From positions 1 through 27,215 of IMG/VR virus record IMGVR_UViG_3300045838_000034: DNA of 27,215 nucleotides. One strand, 5' to 3'. Shown piece after piece: positions 16,613 to 24,425 of the stretch. How positions within the stretch are numbered: the stretch's first letter is position 1; every line of letters begins with the position of its first letter. Below the pieces are notes generated by a model. It saw only the letters and a list, made by a program, of their open reading frames with translations, was not told the DNA's origin and did no database searches. The translations under genes and the position numbers were made by a program. This DNA is from a virus. Lineage: Duplodnaviria; Caudoviricetes.

Positions 16613-17431
16613 TTAGCGCGTGCACAGCGCATCCACCTCCAGATCATGGGCCGCGCTGTGGTCATCGTTCTGCGCCACGATCGCCCAGCCCTGCCCCTGT
16701 GCCGTCTGGAGGGGAAAGGAGGCCAGCACGGCTAAAGCCTCGTCGCCCAGGTGATAGCCGCCCGAGACGATGGTGCGGCCGGCCGGACACAGCACCGTCG
16801 CGACGTCGCACTGGGACGGCGGGCGGCGCTGTCCGCTGACGCCCGGCGCCTGACGCCCGACGCCTGCTGCCGTGCAGCCCGCGGCCAGGGTCATGGTCGC
16901 GCTCACCTGCTGCACGCCGGCGATGGCGCCGGGTGGTCCCTGTGGCCCGGGATCACCCTTGGGGCCCCCAGGGCCGGGGCTGCCCGCGACGCCCTGTGGC
17001 CCCGCAGGGCCAACAACGCTCGCCCCTGGTGGCCCAGCAGGACCAGCAGGACCGGGCAGGCCTTGCGGACCCACAGAGCCAGAAGCCCCGGCCGGGCCAG
17101 GAGCACCGGGTGTGCCCTGTGGCCCCCGTGATCCCTGCGGCCCTTGCGGCCCCTGCTGGTTCCAGGTGATCGCGCGCTGACCGGCTGGGCAGCGCAGCGC
17201 TGCCCCCTGCCCCCCTCCCCACGCTGCGCGCGGGGTCCCCGCTGCCCCCTGGTTGGGCACGGTGTCGACGAGGTGCAGCAGGCGCGGGGAGCGCACGCCG
17301 TAACAGGCGCGGATCAGGGGCGGGCTGCCTCCCCTTCCCCTGAGCGCGGGCGACGCTGCGGAGGCCACACAGACATAGGTGGCGGCGCTGATGGCCACTG
17401 TGGCGCACACACCCCAAGAGAAGCGCAGCAT
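16613..17431 (-). CDS. Collagen-like protein with signal-peptide-like N-terminus
   Basis: Runs of 15 + 10 Gly-X-Y triplets; hydrophobic N-terminus; Cys-containing flanking domains; AAGGAGAGGA RBS. Confidence 0.85.
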   Translation of the reverse strand: MLRFSWGVCATVAISAATYVCVASAASPALRGRGGSPPLIRACYGVRSPRLLHLVDTVPNQGAAGTPRAAWGGGQGAALRCPAGQRAITWNQQGPQGPQGSRGPQGTPGAPGPAGASGSVGPQGLPGPAGPAGPPGASVVGPAGPQGVAGSPGPGGPKGDPGPQGPPGAIAGVQQVSATMTLAAGCTAAGVGRQAPGVSGQRRPPSQCDVATVLCPAGRTIVSGGYHLGDEALAVLASFPLQTAQGQGWAIVAQNDDHSAAHDLEVDALCTR

Positions 17432-17476
17432 AGGATCATCCTCTCCTTCTGGCGCAGGCGGCGCGCGCCCCCTCCC

Positions 17477-18064
17477 TCAGTCATCATCAGGACCGCCGAC
17501 CCAGAGCGAACTGACGTCGCCGAGATCATCGTATGTCTGCTCCCACGCATGCGGGCAATGCATGTGGGCCGGCAAGACGTCTTCCACCTCCGCGATGGGA
17601 ATCTCTCCCATCGCGATGAAGTCGCGACATATGTCCGATGAATCGGTGTCGGGAGGAACGACGCGCGCAACTCCACTGAGCACGTCCGCGTTGCGCGTCC
17701 GAAAGTCCGCCGCTGCGGCGCTGGCGGCCATGCCAGCCTCAAAGGCGGCCACCGCCCTGGCCCGCTCCTCGACCCATTGCTTGTACAGGACTTTGGCCTC
17801 AGGAACGCTGCCCGTCTGCTCGTAGAAGCGCTGCCGTGCGGCCAGATGCGTGCGGGTGAGCGAGGAAGCCGAGACCGCGGCACGCTGCGCGATGGCGTCC
17901 TTGACCGCGGCGCTCTGGACGTGGCGAGGCGCCTTCTTGCCGAAGGCTGCGGCGTGCTGGGCGAGGGCCGCCCGGTACACGCGCCGGTTGCCGGCCGCAA
18001 GCGTGGCCGCTAACTGGTCGGCACGGCGCTGGAGGGACGGGGGCAAGGGCGCAGGGTCGGGCAT
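17477..18064 (-). CDS. Putative head morphogenesis (MuF/SPP1 gp7-like) protein
   Basis: Follows portal; C-terminal ICRDF...LPAHMHCPH resembles the MuF C...P.HpnCRC motif. Confidence 0.6.
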   Translation of the reverse strand: MPDPAPLPPSLQRRADQLAATLAAGNRRVYRAALAQHAAAFGKKAPRHVQSAAVKDAIAQRAAVSASSLTRTHLAARQRFYEQTGSVPEAKVLYKQWVEERARAVAAFEAGMAASAAAADFRTRNADVLSGVARVVPPDTDSSDICRDFIAMGEIPIAEVEDVLPAHMHCPHAWEQTYDDLGDVSSLWVGGPDDD

Positions 18065-18080
18065 GCGCTATCCTTGAGCC

Positions 18081-18287
18081 ATGGTGCTGCGTGCCTGGCT
18101 CCTCAGCCTTGTCCTCTTCTGCCTGGCCGTGGCCGTTGCGGCCACCCTCTACCAGCTCAGCGTGCTGCGCGCCTTTGCCGGTGAGCGGCCCCTGCCGCGG
18201 CATCTCCTGGTGCTCGGCCCGCTAGCGGTCGGGGGCTGCCTCGTCGCCAGCCTGGTGTGGGCTGTCATCGCGCTGGGCGGACGCTGA
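18081..18287 (+). CDS. Two-TM membrane protein (68 aa), antisense, probably leaderless
   Basis: Two hydrophobic helices; TATCCT (18069-18074) lies 6 nt before the ATG. Confidence 0.55.
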   Translation: MVLRAWLLSLVLFCLAVAVAATLYQLSVLRAFAGERPLPRHLLVLGPLAVGGCLVASLVWAVIALGGR

Positions 18288-20111
18288 CTGCACCGCCAGC
18301 GCCCACGCGTCATCGTCGTCGGCGGATGCCCACTGCGCGTAGGCCCGCGTGAGGCGCTCCACGTCGCTCTGCTCTGGCCGCGCGTGGACGCGCAGTCTCC
18401 TGGACGGGTCGGACGTCTGGGCCGGCGATCCGGCAGCTCCCGGACTCCGAGGAGGACCCGATGCCCCATCCGCGCTCGCACGAGATGCGGCATCAGAGGC
18501 ATCTGCTTTCGCGCTGGGGAGCAGCCACAGCGGAGGCGTCTGGCGTGCGGCGTGCGGCGTGCGGGGGTGCTCCAGCTGGCGGCGGCGCTGGTCGTGGCGC
18601 GCAGATGGCGAGAGGAGGGCCGCCGGGTAGCTTTTCGCTCCGGCCCTGGCGGCGTGCTCGCTCTTGCCGCTGCGCGGCTCTGGAGCCGTCTGAGGGACTC
18701 CTGCGGCCCCTCGCTGCGCTGCCGCCGGCTGCTGTCTGGGCGCGGGTGCCGCAGCAGCGGGAGCGGGAGCGGGTTGGCCCAACTCGGTCACCTGTGGTGC
18801 CGGTGGCAGCTCCTCTGGCGCCTCCTGCAGCTGCTCCCCGAGCTGCGCGGCTTGCTCGGGCGAGAGGAGCGTCATCCCCTTGGGCAGCGGGATCAGCCCG
18901 CCCAGCTCGTCGTCGTCGGGCAGGGGATCATAGCCAGCGCTGACCCGCAGGTCGTTGACGCTGAAGGCGCCCGTGCCGGCCAGTTTCGCCGCGGCATCGG
19001 CACGCATGGCGTAGTCGATGACCTCGCGCTGCTCGTACTCGGCGCGCAGGCCGGGGTCGAACAGCTCAAGCAGCGGGTTCCAGAAGTCCTCTTCGAACTG
19101 CCGCAGGATCGGGGCGAGGGTCTCGCCGTAGAAGAACTGCACGGCCTCCTGTGCGTTGCGATAGTTGGACTCGGAAAAGCCCGAGCCGCCGAGCAGCTGG
19201 AGCGGCACGCCGAAGAGCTGGGCGATGTCGTCCAGGCCCATCTTGACCAGGTCGGCGATGGGCACGCGCCCCAGGGGCTCCTGAATGGGTGTGTAGGAGG
19301 CCCCGGCCCACAGCAGCGCCGTGCGTATCTTGTTCCGGGCGCCCTCACGCATGGCCCGCCAATCCGCGACGAGCGCGCGTCTGTCCTCTTCGGGGATCTC
19401 GCCCGGCGTGGTCAGCACGCCGTCTAAGATGGCCCCCCGCGCAAAGAAGTTGAGCGCGAACTCGTTGACCAGGCGGTCCTTGCTGAACGTGAGCTCGCCG
19501 CCCTCGATCGTGCCAAACCCCCACAGCGGATCGGTCGGATGGGCCAATTTGACGTGCAGGACGGAGTCGCCATCGTACCAGATGGTTTTGGTGGTCCGGT
19601 TCGCTTCCACGTCATAGCCGTAGGCCAACTTGCCCACGTCAGAGCGGATGATGTGCAGCTTGTCGGGGCGCAGGACGTAGAGCTCGGTGGGCCGGCCCAG
19701 TCCGTCGTCGTTGTCCAGCAGCACGACGGCATTGCCCGTGAGCTGGAGATGGTGGCTGAGGATCTGGCGGAAGTGCCGGCCGCGCATCTCGGGGTTGGGC
19801 CGGCGCAGGAGCGCGTCGAACTCCGGCAGACGGTCTTTCGGGTCAACCTCGTTGTCGTCCTCGTCGAGGAGGTGGAGCTGCGTCGCGGAGAAGGTGTTGG
19901 CGATGAGGGCCAGACACTTGTAGACGTTGGGGATGGTGATGGCGCCCAAGTAGGACTCATAATCCTTCATCCGCTTGGCGGACGAGGGATCCAGCGTCGA
20001 GAGGTACGTGAGGGCACGCGCAGCGGCAGGCACAGCGTTGCTGTCGCCCCGGCCAAAGAGGCGCGCTTTGGCGCCATCGGCCAGCCCTGCAAACTGTGCA
20101 GCCAGTCCCAT
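18222..20111 (-). CDS. Portal protein (HK97 family) with long low-complexity C-terminal extension
   Basis: VYKCLALIANT, LLRRPNP, LTGNA, LRPD, VLHVK...GFG, IAQLFGVP, SNY, SVNDLR...GYDPL motifs. Confidence 0.93.
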   Translation of the reverse strand: MGLAAQFAGLADGAKARLFGRGDSNAVPAAARALTYLSTLDPSSAKRMKDYESYLGAITIPNVYKCLALIANTFSATQLHLLDEDDNEVDPKDRLPEFDALLRRPNPEMRGRHFRQILSHHLQLTGNAVVLLDNDDGLGRPTELYVLRPDKLHIIRSDVGKLAYGYDVEANRTTKTIWYDGDSVLHVKLAHPTDPLWGFGTIEGGELTFSKDRLVNEFALNFFARGAILDGVLTTPGEIPEEDRRALVADWRAMREGARNKIRTALLWAGASYTPIQEPLGRVPIADLVKMGLDDIAQLFGVPLQLLGGSGFSESNYRNAQEAVQFFYGETLAPILRQFEEDFWNPLLELFDPGLRAEYEQREVIDYAMRADAAAKLAGTGAFSVNDLRVSAGYDPLPDDDELGGLIPLPKGMTLLSPEQAAQLGEQLQEAPEELPPAPQVTELGQPAPAPAAAAPAPRQQPAAAQRGAAGVPQTAPEPRSGKSEHAARAGAKSYPAALLSPSARHDQRRRQLEHPRTPHAARQTPPLWLLPSAKADASDAASRASADGASGPPRSPGAAGSPAQTSDPSRRLRVHARPEQSDVERLTRAYAQWASADDDDAWALAVQSASAQRDDSPHQAGDEAAPDR

Positions 20112-20114
20112 GCG

Positions 20115-21401
20115 TTATCCCCACGTAATCCGTGCCGGCGCCGGCGCACTCAAGATGAGCTCATGCAGCGCCCACACCAGCGCGTCGAGCCGGCCCGGAC
20201 TGTAGCCGTCCAGGGGCGTCCAGCTGCACACTTGATTCTCCAGCGCCGGCAGCAGGCCCACGTGATGGACCTTGCCCTGCATCGCCAGCACCGCGCACGG
20301 CTCGGCCCGGACGACCTTGCCCCGGCTGGCCTGCACGAGCTTGAGGCGTGGCCGGCAGCCCATCTCTTTGGCCGCAGCCTGGATCGTGCTCTGCACCATC
20401 TCGCCGCCGAAGTTGGCCTCGGCCACGATGGCGTCGGCTTTGTGCGCCTCATAGGCCGTGATCGCTCTGGCCGCCCAGTCGTCAGGCCCCAGGTGCGCTG
20501 AGAGATCGGCGAGCACGTAGGCCTGCCCGCGCCCGTCGCAGCCGCAGACCACGATGCCCACTTCGTCGCCCCTGCGGCTCCCAGAAGGGTCCAGAGCGAC
20601 GACGACGCGCACCAGGGGCGGCACCGCGTCCGGCCGGATGCGGCTCGTGTCGATCCACTCCCGTGACCATAAAGCGCCCTCGTTCTCAGCCTCGAAGAGC
20701 GCGAGGATCTCCTGGCGGTAGACCCTTGAGGGCAGGTCGCGCTCCAGGGACTCCAGCTCAGCGCGGCTGATGTGCGGGTTCGTGGCCGTGGGCATCTGCC
20801 AGGAGGCCCAGTCCGGATAGGCGTCCGACTGGCCGTACTGGTACAGGGTGTGATAGTCGTTATAGCCTTTGGGCGTCGAGAGGAACCACGCATCACCCGC
20901 GTAGTCGGCGAGCGTGCTCCTGATGACCTGGTTCCAGGCGTCGAGCAGCCCCGGCACCATCGCCGCCTCGTCGATGACCGCGCGCTGATACTTGCGCCCA
21001 CGCGCCACATCGGGCGAATCGAGGCTCCACATGTCGAGCACGCCACCGGTCACCAACTCCAGGCGGTGCTCCGCGGCATTGGACCGGGCGATGGCCGGCC
21101 GAAGGGTGCGCACCACCTCGCGCCATAGGTCGGTCATCATGCCATACGTCGGGGCAAAATAGGCCACCGGCCGCCCCTGCAAAGCAGGACCGACGAGGCG
21201 GTTGATGCCGAGCGTGGACTTGCCCCACCTTCTTCCGCAGCAGACGACACAGTTACGCCGGCTCTGGCTGATCACCTCCCGCTGCGCTGGGTGGGGGCGC
21301 GGCAAGTGCAAGGTCAGGTCCCGCTGCCTCTGGTGGGCCGGCGACGCTTTGGTCTGGGGCATCCTGGTCGTCGTAGACGACGCGCACGTTGAGTTGGACA
21401 A
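20115..21401 (-). CDS. terL: Terminase large subunit (start may be ATG 21362)
   Basis: Walker A GRRWGKS, Walker B AVIDEAA, STP coupling motif, nuclease VALDPS...EANFGG...RLDAL. Confidence 0.95.
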   Translation of the reverse strand: MSNSTCASSTTTRMPQTKASPAHQRQRDLTLHLPRPHPAQREVISQSRRNCVVCCGRRWGKSTLGINRLVGPALQGRPVAYFAPTYGMMTDLWREVVRTLRPAIARSNAAEHRLELVTGGVLDMWSLDSPDVARGRKYQRAVIDEAAMVPGLLDAWNQVIRSTLADYAGDAWFLSTPKGYNDYHTLYQYGQSDAYPDWASWQMPTATNPHISRAELESLERDLPSRVYRQEILALFEAENEGALWSREWIDTSRIRPDAVPPLVRVVVALDPSGSRRGDEVGIVVCGCDGRGQAYVLADLSAHLGPDDWAARAITAYEAHKADAIVAEANFGGEMVQSTIQAAAKEMGCRPRLKLVQASRGKVVRAEPCAVLAMQGKVHHVGLLPALENQVCSWTPLDGYSPGRLDALVWALHELILSAPAPARITWG

Positions 21402-21852
21402 GGTTGTTCTGCACGTCGGGCCGCTCCAGCCCGCACAGCTTGCACAGCGCCTGCGTGGCCTGCACGATCACCCGCAAGTACTCGCTCTTCTGGCTTCTGA
21501 ATTGCTGCTGGGTCTTGCGCTCCACTCTGGCCCCGTCGACGGGGTCGGGCACCTGCACCTCAGACGCGAACTCGCCGGCCAGCCAGCGCCGCTCGTTCTC
21601 CTGGTCCTGCTCGTGGTCCCGCCAGGCCTGGTCGATGACGCGCTGGTACTGGGCGATGGCCAGACTGAGCGCCCGGGTGTGCTGCTCGGCGGCCCAGTGC
21701 TCCAGTTGGCCGTTGATGATCTTGAGATCGCGGGCCAGCGTGCGCTCGCTAATGCCCATCTCACGGCGCAACTGCGCGTAGGTGTGGCCGGCGATGACGT
21801 GCTGGAGCAGCAGCGCACGGCGTGCTGTCTGCTCGGCTTTGGAAACGTTCAT
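21253..21852 (-). CDS. terS: Terminase small subunit
   Basis: N-terminal HTH (GHTYAQLRREMGISERTLARDL), helical middle, KLCGL motif; overlaps the terL start. Confidence 0.75.
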   Translation of the reverse strand: MNVSKAEQTARRALLLQHVIAGHTYAQLRREMGISERTLARDLKIINGQLEHWAAEQHTRALSLAIAQYQRVIDQAWRDHEQDQENERRWLAGEFASEVQVPDPVDGARVERKTQQQFRSQKSEYLRVIVQATQALCKLCGLERPDVQNNLVQLNVRVVYDDQDAPDQSVAGPPEAAGPDLALAAPPPSAAGGDQPEPA

Positions 21853-21906
21853 GCTCTCGAAGGGTGTGCGCGTGCGCGCGAGGGCAACTGCGCCGATTAG
21901 GGACGA

Positions 21907-22287
21907 TTAGCGCCCGCCATCGCTCCTGCACTCCAGCGCCGTGGGTGTCCTGCTCGCGCTGGTCGGCTCCAGCATCGTGCGCAGCCGCACCAGCGCCTGC
22001 CGGTGCAGCTTGCTGCCCCTGCTCTTGAGCCCGCCCCAGCGCTTGGCACCCTCGCTCAGCTCGTAGCCGCCCCAGTAGTGCAGCCAGATGACGGCACGCT
22101 CACGGTCCTCCTCCGTGGGTCCGCCTTTCTGCCGCAGCTCCAGGATGCGCACGGGCACCATGAAGGACAACCAGGCGCGCAGTCGGGCCGCGCGCTCGTT
22201 CTCCTGCGCGTAGGCCTCCCACCAGCGCTGCTGCTCGTCCCAGCCGATGCGCCGGGCTATCCGCTCCGCCTCCGCCGTCTGGGCCAT
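21907..22287 (-). CDS. Protein with sigma-70 region-4-like C-terminal HTH
   Basis: RERAVIWLHYWGGYELSEGAKRWGGLKSRGSKLHRQALVRLR resembles FliA/WhiG-type region 4; no region 2. Confidence 0.55.
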   Translation of the reverse strand: MAQTAEAERIARRIGWDEQQRWWEAYAQENERAARLRAWLSFMVPVRILELRQKGGPTEEDRERAVIWLHYWGGYELSEGAKRWGGLKSRGSKLHRQALVRLRTMLEPTSASRTPTALECRSDGGR

Positions 22288-22293
22288 GGCGAG

Positions 22294-22551
22294 CTAGGGC
22301 CGGCCCAGGCCCAGGACGAGCGCGATCAGCACGCCGCCCAACGCCCCCCCCAGCACACCAGCCAGGGGCCAGAGCAGAGGCACCAGGCGAGACGCGTGCC
22401 GCCTGGTGCGATAGGGCAGCGTGTCCTCCAGCAGAACACGGGGATGCGCGTGCATCCAGCAGATCAGCCGCCACTGCTCCAGCGGGGAGAGGGCGCTAGG
22501 GGATAGGGGATAGGCGTGAGGACGTGCTGCGTCAGTCCTGCGGCGTCTCAT
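22294..22551 (-). CDS. Hypothetical protein with C-terminal TM helix (85 aa)
   Basis: TGATG coupling at 22551; ends LVPLLWPLAGVLGGALGGVLIALVLGL. Confidence 0.55.
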   Translation of the reverse strand: MRRRRTDAARPHAYPLSPSALSPLEQWRLICWMHAHPRVLLEDTLPYRTRRHASRLVPLLWPLAGVLGGALGGVLIALVLGLGRP

Positions 22552-22652
22552 CAACGCTCCACGAGCCACAGCACGAAAGCCAGGAACGCGAGGAGGCCCA
22601 GGAACAGCGCGCCATACAGGACCATCTCGGCCCCGCTCAGGGTCTGGGCCAT
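22551..22652 (-). CDS. Small single-TM peptide (33 aa)
   Basis: TGATG overlaps at both ends; MAQTLSGAEMVLYGALFLGLLAFLAFVLWLVER. Confidence 0.6.
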   Translation of the reverse strand: MAQTLSGAEMVLYGALFLGLLAFLAFVLWLVER

Positions 22653-22972
22653 CACTCGTGCCTGGGCTCCTCATTCCAGTGGCTACCCTCGCCATGCCCT
22701 CTGCGCTGCTGCGCCTCATGGCTGGCATGCACCCGCTGCGCCTCGGCCAGGCTGTTCTGGGCCTGCGCGATGTGCCCTTGCACGCCTTTGGCCACTTCAG
22801 CCGCCGTCTGGTGCTCTTTGCGCTCGTGATGCTTGGCCGCTTCCCTGACGCGGTCGGAGGCCTCGTCGAGGTGCTTGGCGGCACGGTGCAGGTGCGGCAC
22901 TGACGGGTGACTGTCGCCGCTCGCCGCTCTCCTGTCGCCTGACGCCTGACGCCTGTCGCCTGGTGAGGACAT
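22652..22972 (-). CDS. His/Ala-rich helical protein (106 aa)
   Basis: GGAGGT RBS before ATG 22972; HLHRAAKHLDEA...EAAKHHERKEH pattern. Confidence 0.7.
   Translation of the reverse strand: MSSPGDRRQASGDRRAASGDSHPSVPHLHRAAKHLDEASDRVREAAKHHERKEHQTAAEVAKGVQGHIAQAQNSLAEAQRVHASHEAQQRRGHGEGSHWNEEPRHE
22911..22962. repeat. Tandem array of seven 7-bp units inside a CDS
   Basis: ctgtcgc cgctcgc cgctctc ctgtcgc ctgacgc ctgacgc ctgtcgc. Confidence 0.85.
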
Positions 22973-23171
22973 GGGCACCTCCAAAGGGGCCGGCGGGCGT
23001 GCTCTCGGCAGTCAGAAGAAAAAACCCATCACGTCAGCTCCCCGCCCCTACCCGTTGTCTAGGAGCACAGAGCAACGGCCCCACACAGCCGGGGGCGGTG
23101 TCCTTGATGGGAAAAAGGCGCACGCAGCCTTTTCTAGGTGAGGACGTGGGCACCTCCAAAGGGGCCGGCGG
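22962..23171. repeat. 35-bp direct repeat (22962-22996 and 23137-23171, one mismatch)
   Basis: ggtgaggac[a/g]tgggcacctccaaaggggccggcgg. Confidence 0.95.
23111..23134 (-). terminator. Intrinsic terminator-like hairpin (possibly bidirectional) in the late leader
   Basis: Minus strand GAAAAGGC-tgcgtgc-GCCTTTTTC. Confidence 0.5.
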
Positions 23172-23204
23172 TGGCCTGCACCGCAAAAAGGGTACAAGCG
23201 TCCT

Positions 23205-23265
23205 AGCGCCAGTGTACGACAATGTTTGCAGTATTCGTAATTTATCTCGGCCCCTGTCGCAATCT
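23205..23265 (-). promoter_or_regulatory. Putative late-operon promoter
   Basis: AT-rich patch; minus-strand TACACT at 23216-23211 with TTACGA 18 nt upstream; precedes the packaging/morphogenesis genes. Confidence 0.5.
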
Positions 23266-23512
23266 AGCGAAAAGACTTCCAGGTGCGGTCGGCCTGGCGG
23301 GCCCCCTCCGACCAGGGGCGGCCGCGGCGCTGGCGGCTGCGGAGCCGATACGTACACTCCTGCGAGCACGTGCGGTAGTACTGCTGGCACCAGGGGACGA
23401 TGAGGAAGGGTGCACCGCAGATGGCGCACGTCTTCTGGATGCGCCGACCCGGGATGCGCGCGGCCACCGAGGGCGGGGTGCGGTCAGGGGGCGCTGCTGT
23501 GGCTGCGGTCAT
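23264..23512 (-). CDS. Small protein with a single CxxC...CSxxC zinc finger (82 aa)
   Basis: ATGA coupling at 23509-23512; KTCAICGAPF...RTCSQEC. Confidence 0.6.
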   Translation of the reverse strand: MTAATAAPPDRTPPSVAARIPGRRIQKTCAICGAPFLIVPWCQQYYRTCSQECTYRLRSRQRRGRPWSEGARQADRTWKSFR

Positions 23513-23736
23513 CGTTTTGCTCCGTCGGTCGTGCCCTCGTCGCCCGCGCGGTACTCCCAATCGTCCAGCGGGTGCTCCAGGAACGCCCGCAGCGTCGCCA
23601 CGTAGACGCGCCCACACAGCGCGCACAGGCTGACGTGTGGGCCGTAGGGCGGTCCGATGGCCACGGGCACGCGGACCTGGCCGTGCCCGAGCTCCTCGTG
23701 GCAGCGCGCGCACGCGCCTTTGTCCGCGGGCATCAT
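23509..23736 (-). CDS. Small Zn-binding hypothetical protein (75 aa)
   Basis: CARC...CALC; GGAGGT RBS; ATGA coupling on both sides. Confidence 0.65.
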   Translation of the reverse strand: MMPADKGACARCHEELGHGQVRVPVAIGPPYGPHVSLCALCGRVYVATLRAFLEHPLDDWEYRAGDEGTTDGAKR

Positions 23737-24302
23737 GACGCCACCTCCTGCTCGGCCTCTGGGTGCGGCTCCTGGCTGCTCCTGGTGAGCACGTCTCCCA
23801 GATAGCGCACTGCGTCGCCCAGGCGGCGGCTAAGTGTCGCTTCCGACATGCCCCACTCCTGGGCAATCTCCTGGCGCGGCACACGCTCGAAGACCAGCTT
23901 TGTGATGAGCCACGCCCAGGCCGGCTTGACGCGGCGCATCTGATCCAGGGCGCGGTGCAGGAGAAGGCCATCGAGGTGCGCGACCCAGCGCGGGCGCATG
24001 TCGAGATGCGTGATGTGGCCCCGGCGATCACGCTCGTCGTCGTACATCTTGAGGAAATCGGCCAGGCGCTGTGGGCTGATGCGCCACTCTGTGCGGTGCT
24101 GCGGGTCGGGAGCGCCGGCCCAGTAGCACCGCTCGCGCCGCGCGTTGTGGTCCCGCAGGCGTGCGGTGCGGGCATCGTCGCGCTGCCGGCACGCACTGCA
24201 CAGACAGCGGCGGATGTGCGGGGCCAACTCCAGGGGGTCGATGCTGACGGCGACGATCTGGTGTTTGCCATAGCGTCGGCGGCGCTTTTCCTTCGCTCCC
24301 AC
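23733..24302 (-). CDS. Sigma-70 region-4-like HTH regulator (candidate late activator/antiterminator)
   Basis: LHRALDQM...PRQEIAQEWGMSEATLSRRLGDAVRYL; AAGGAG RBS; located upstream of the late promoter. Confidence 0.7.
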   Translation of the reverse strand: MGAKEKRRRRYGKHQIVAVSIDPLELAPHIRRCLCSACRQRDDARTARLRDHNARRERCYWAGAPDPQHRTEWRISPQRLADFLKMYDDERDRRGHITHLDMRPRWVAHLDGLLLHRALDQMRRVKPAWAWLITKLVFERVPRQEIAQEWGMSEATLSRRLGDAVRYLGDVLTRSSQEPHPEAEQEVAS

Positions 24303-24305
24303 GGC

Positions 24306-24425
24306 TCAACTCCTTTCCGGCACGAGCTCGGTGACCTCCAGGCGCACGGCGCGCTCCGGCCCGGTCTCCTGCCGCACCACTAACTCCACGTGCTCCGCGT
24401 CATCGTCAGCTAGGTTAAGACCGTC
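24306..24425 (-). pseudogene. Stranded original 3' end of rusA
   Basis: DGLNLADDDAEHVELVVRQETGPERAVRLEVTELVPERS aligns without gaps from LA onward to the RusA tail LAEESSAYCDVQVHQEQGKERAIRVEVCELL; no start of its own. Confidence 0.75.

Noticed and set aside
16930-17155. 9-bp periodic DNA repeats
   Set aside because: Explained by Gly-X-Y collagen coding.
17799-18203. Minus-strand 134-aa ORF between portal and MuF
   Set aside because: Overlaps the MuF-like gene out of frame and is the antisense of a more convincing two-TM gene.
22962-23171. CRISPR array or att site
   Set aside because: Only two copies separated by 140 nt, the repeat contains an RBS and start codon, and no cas or integrase gene is in the window.
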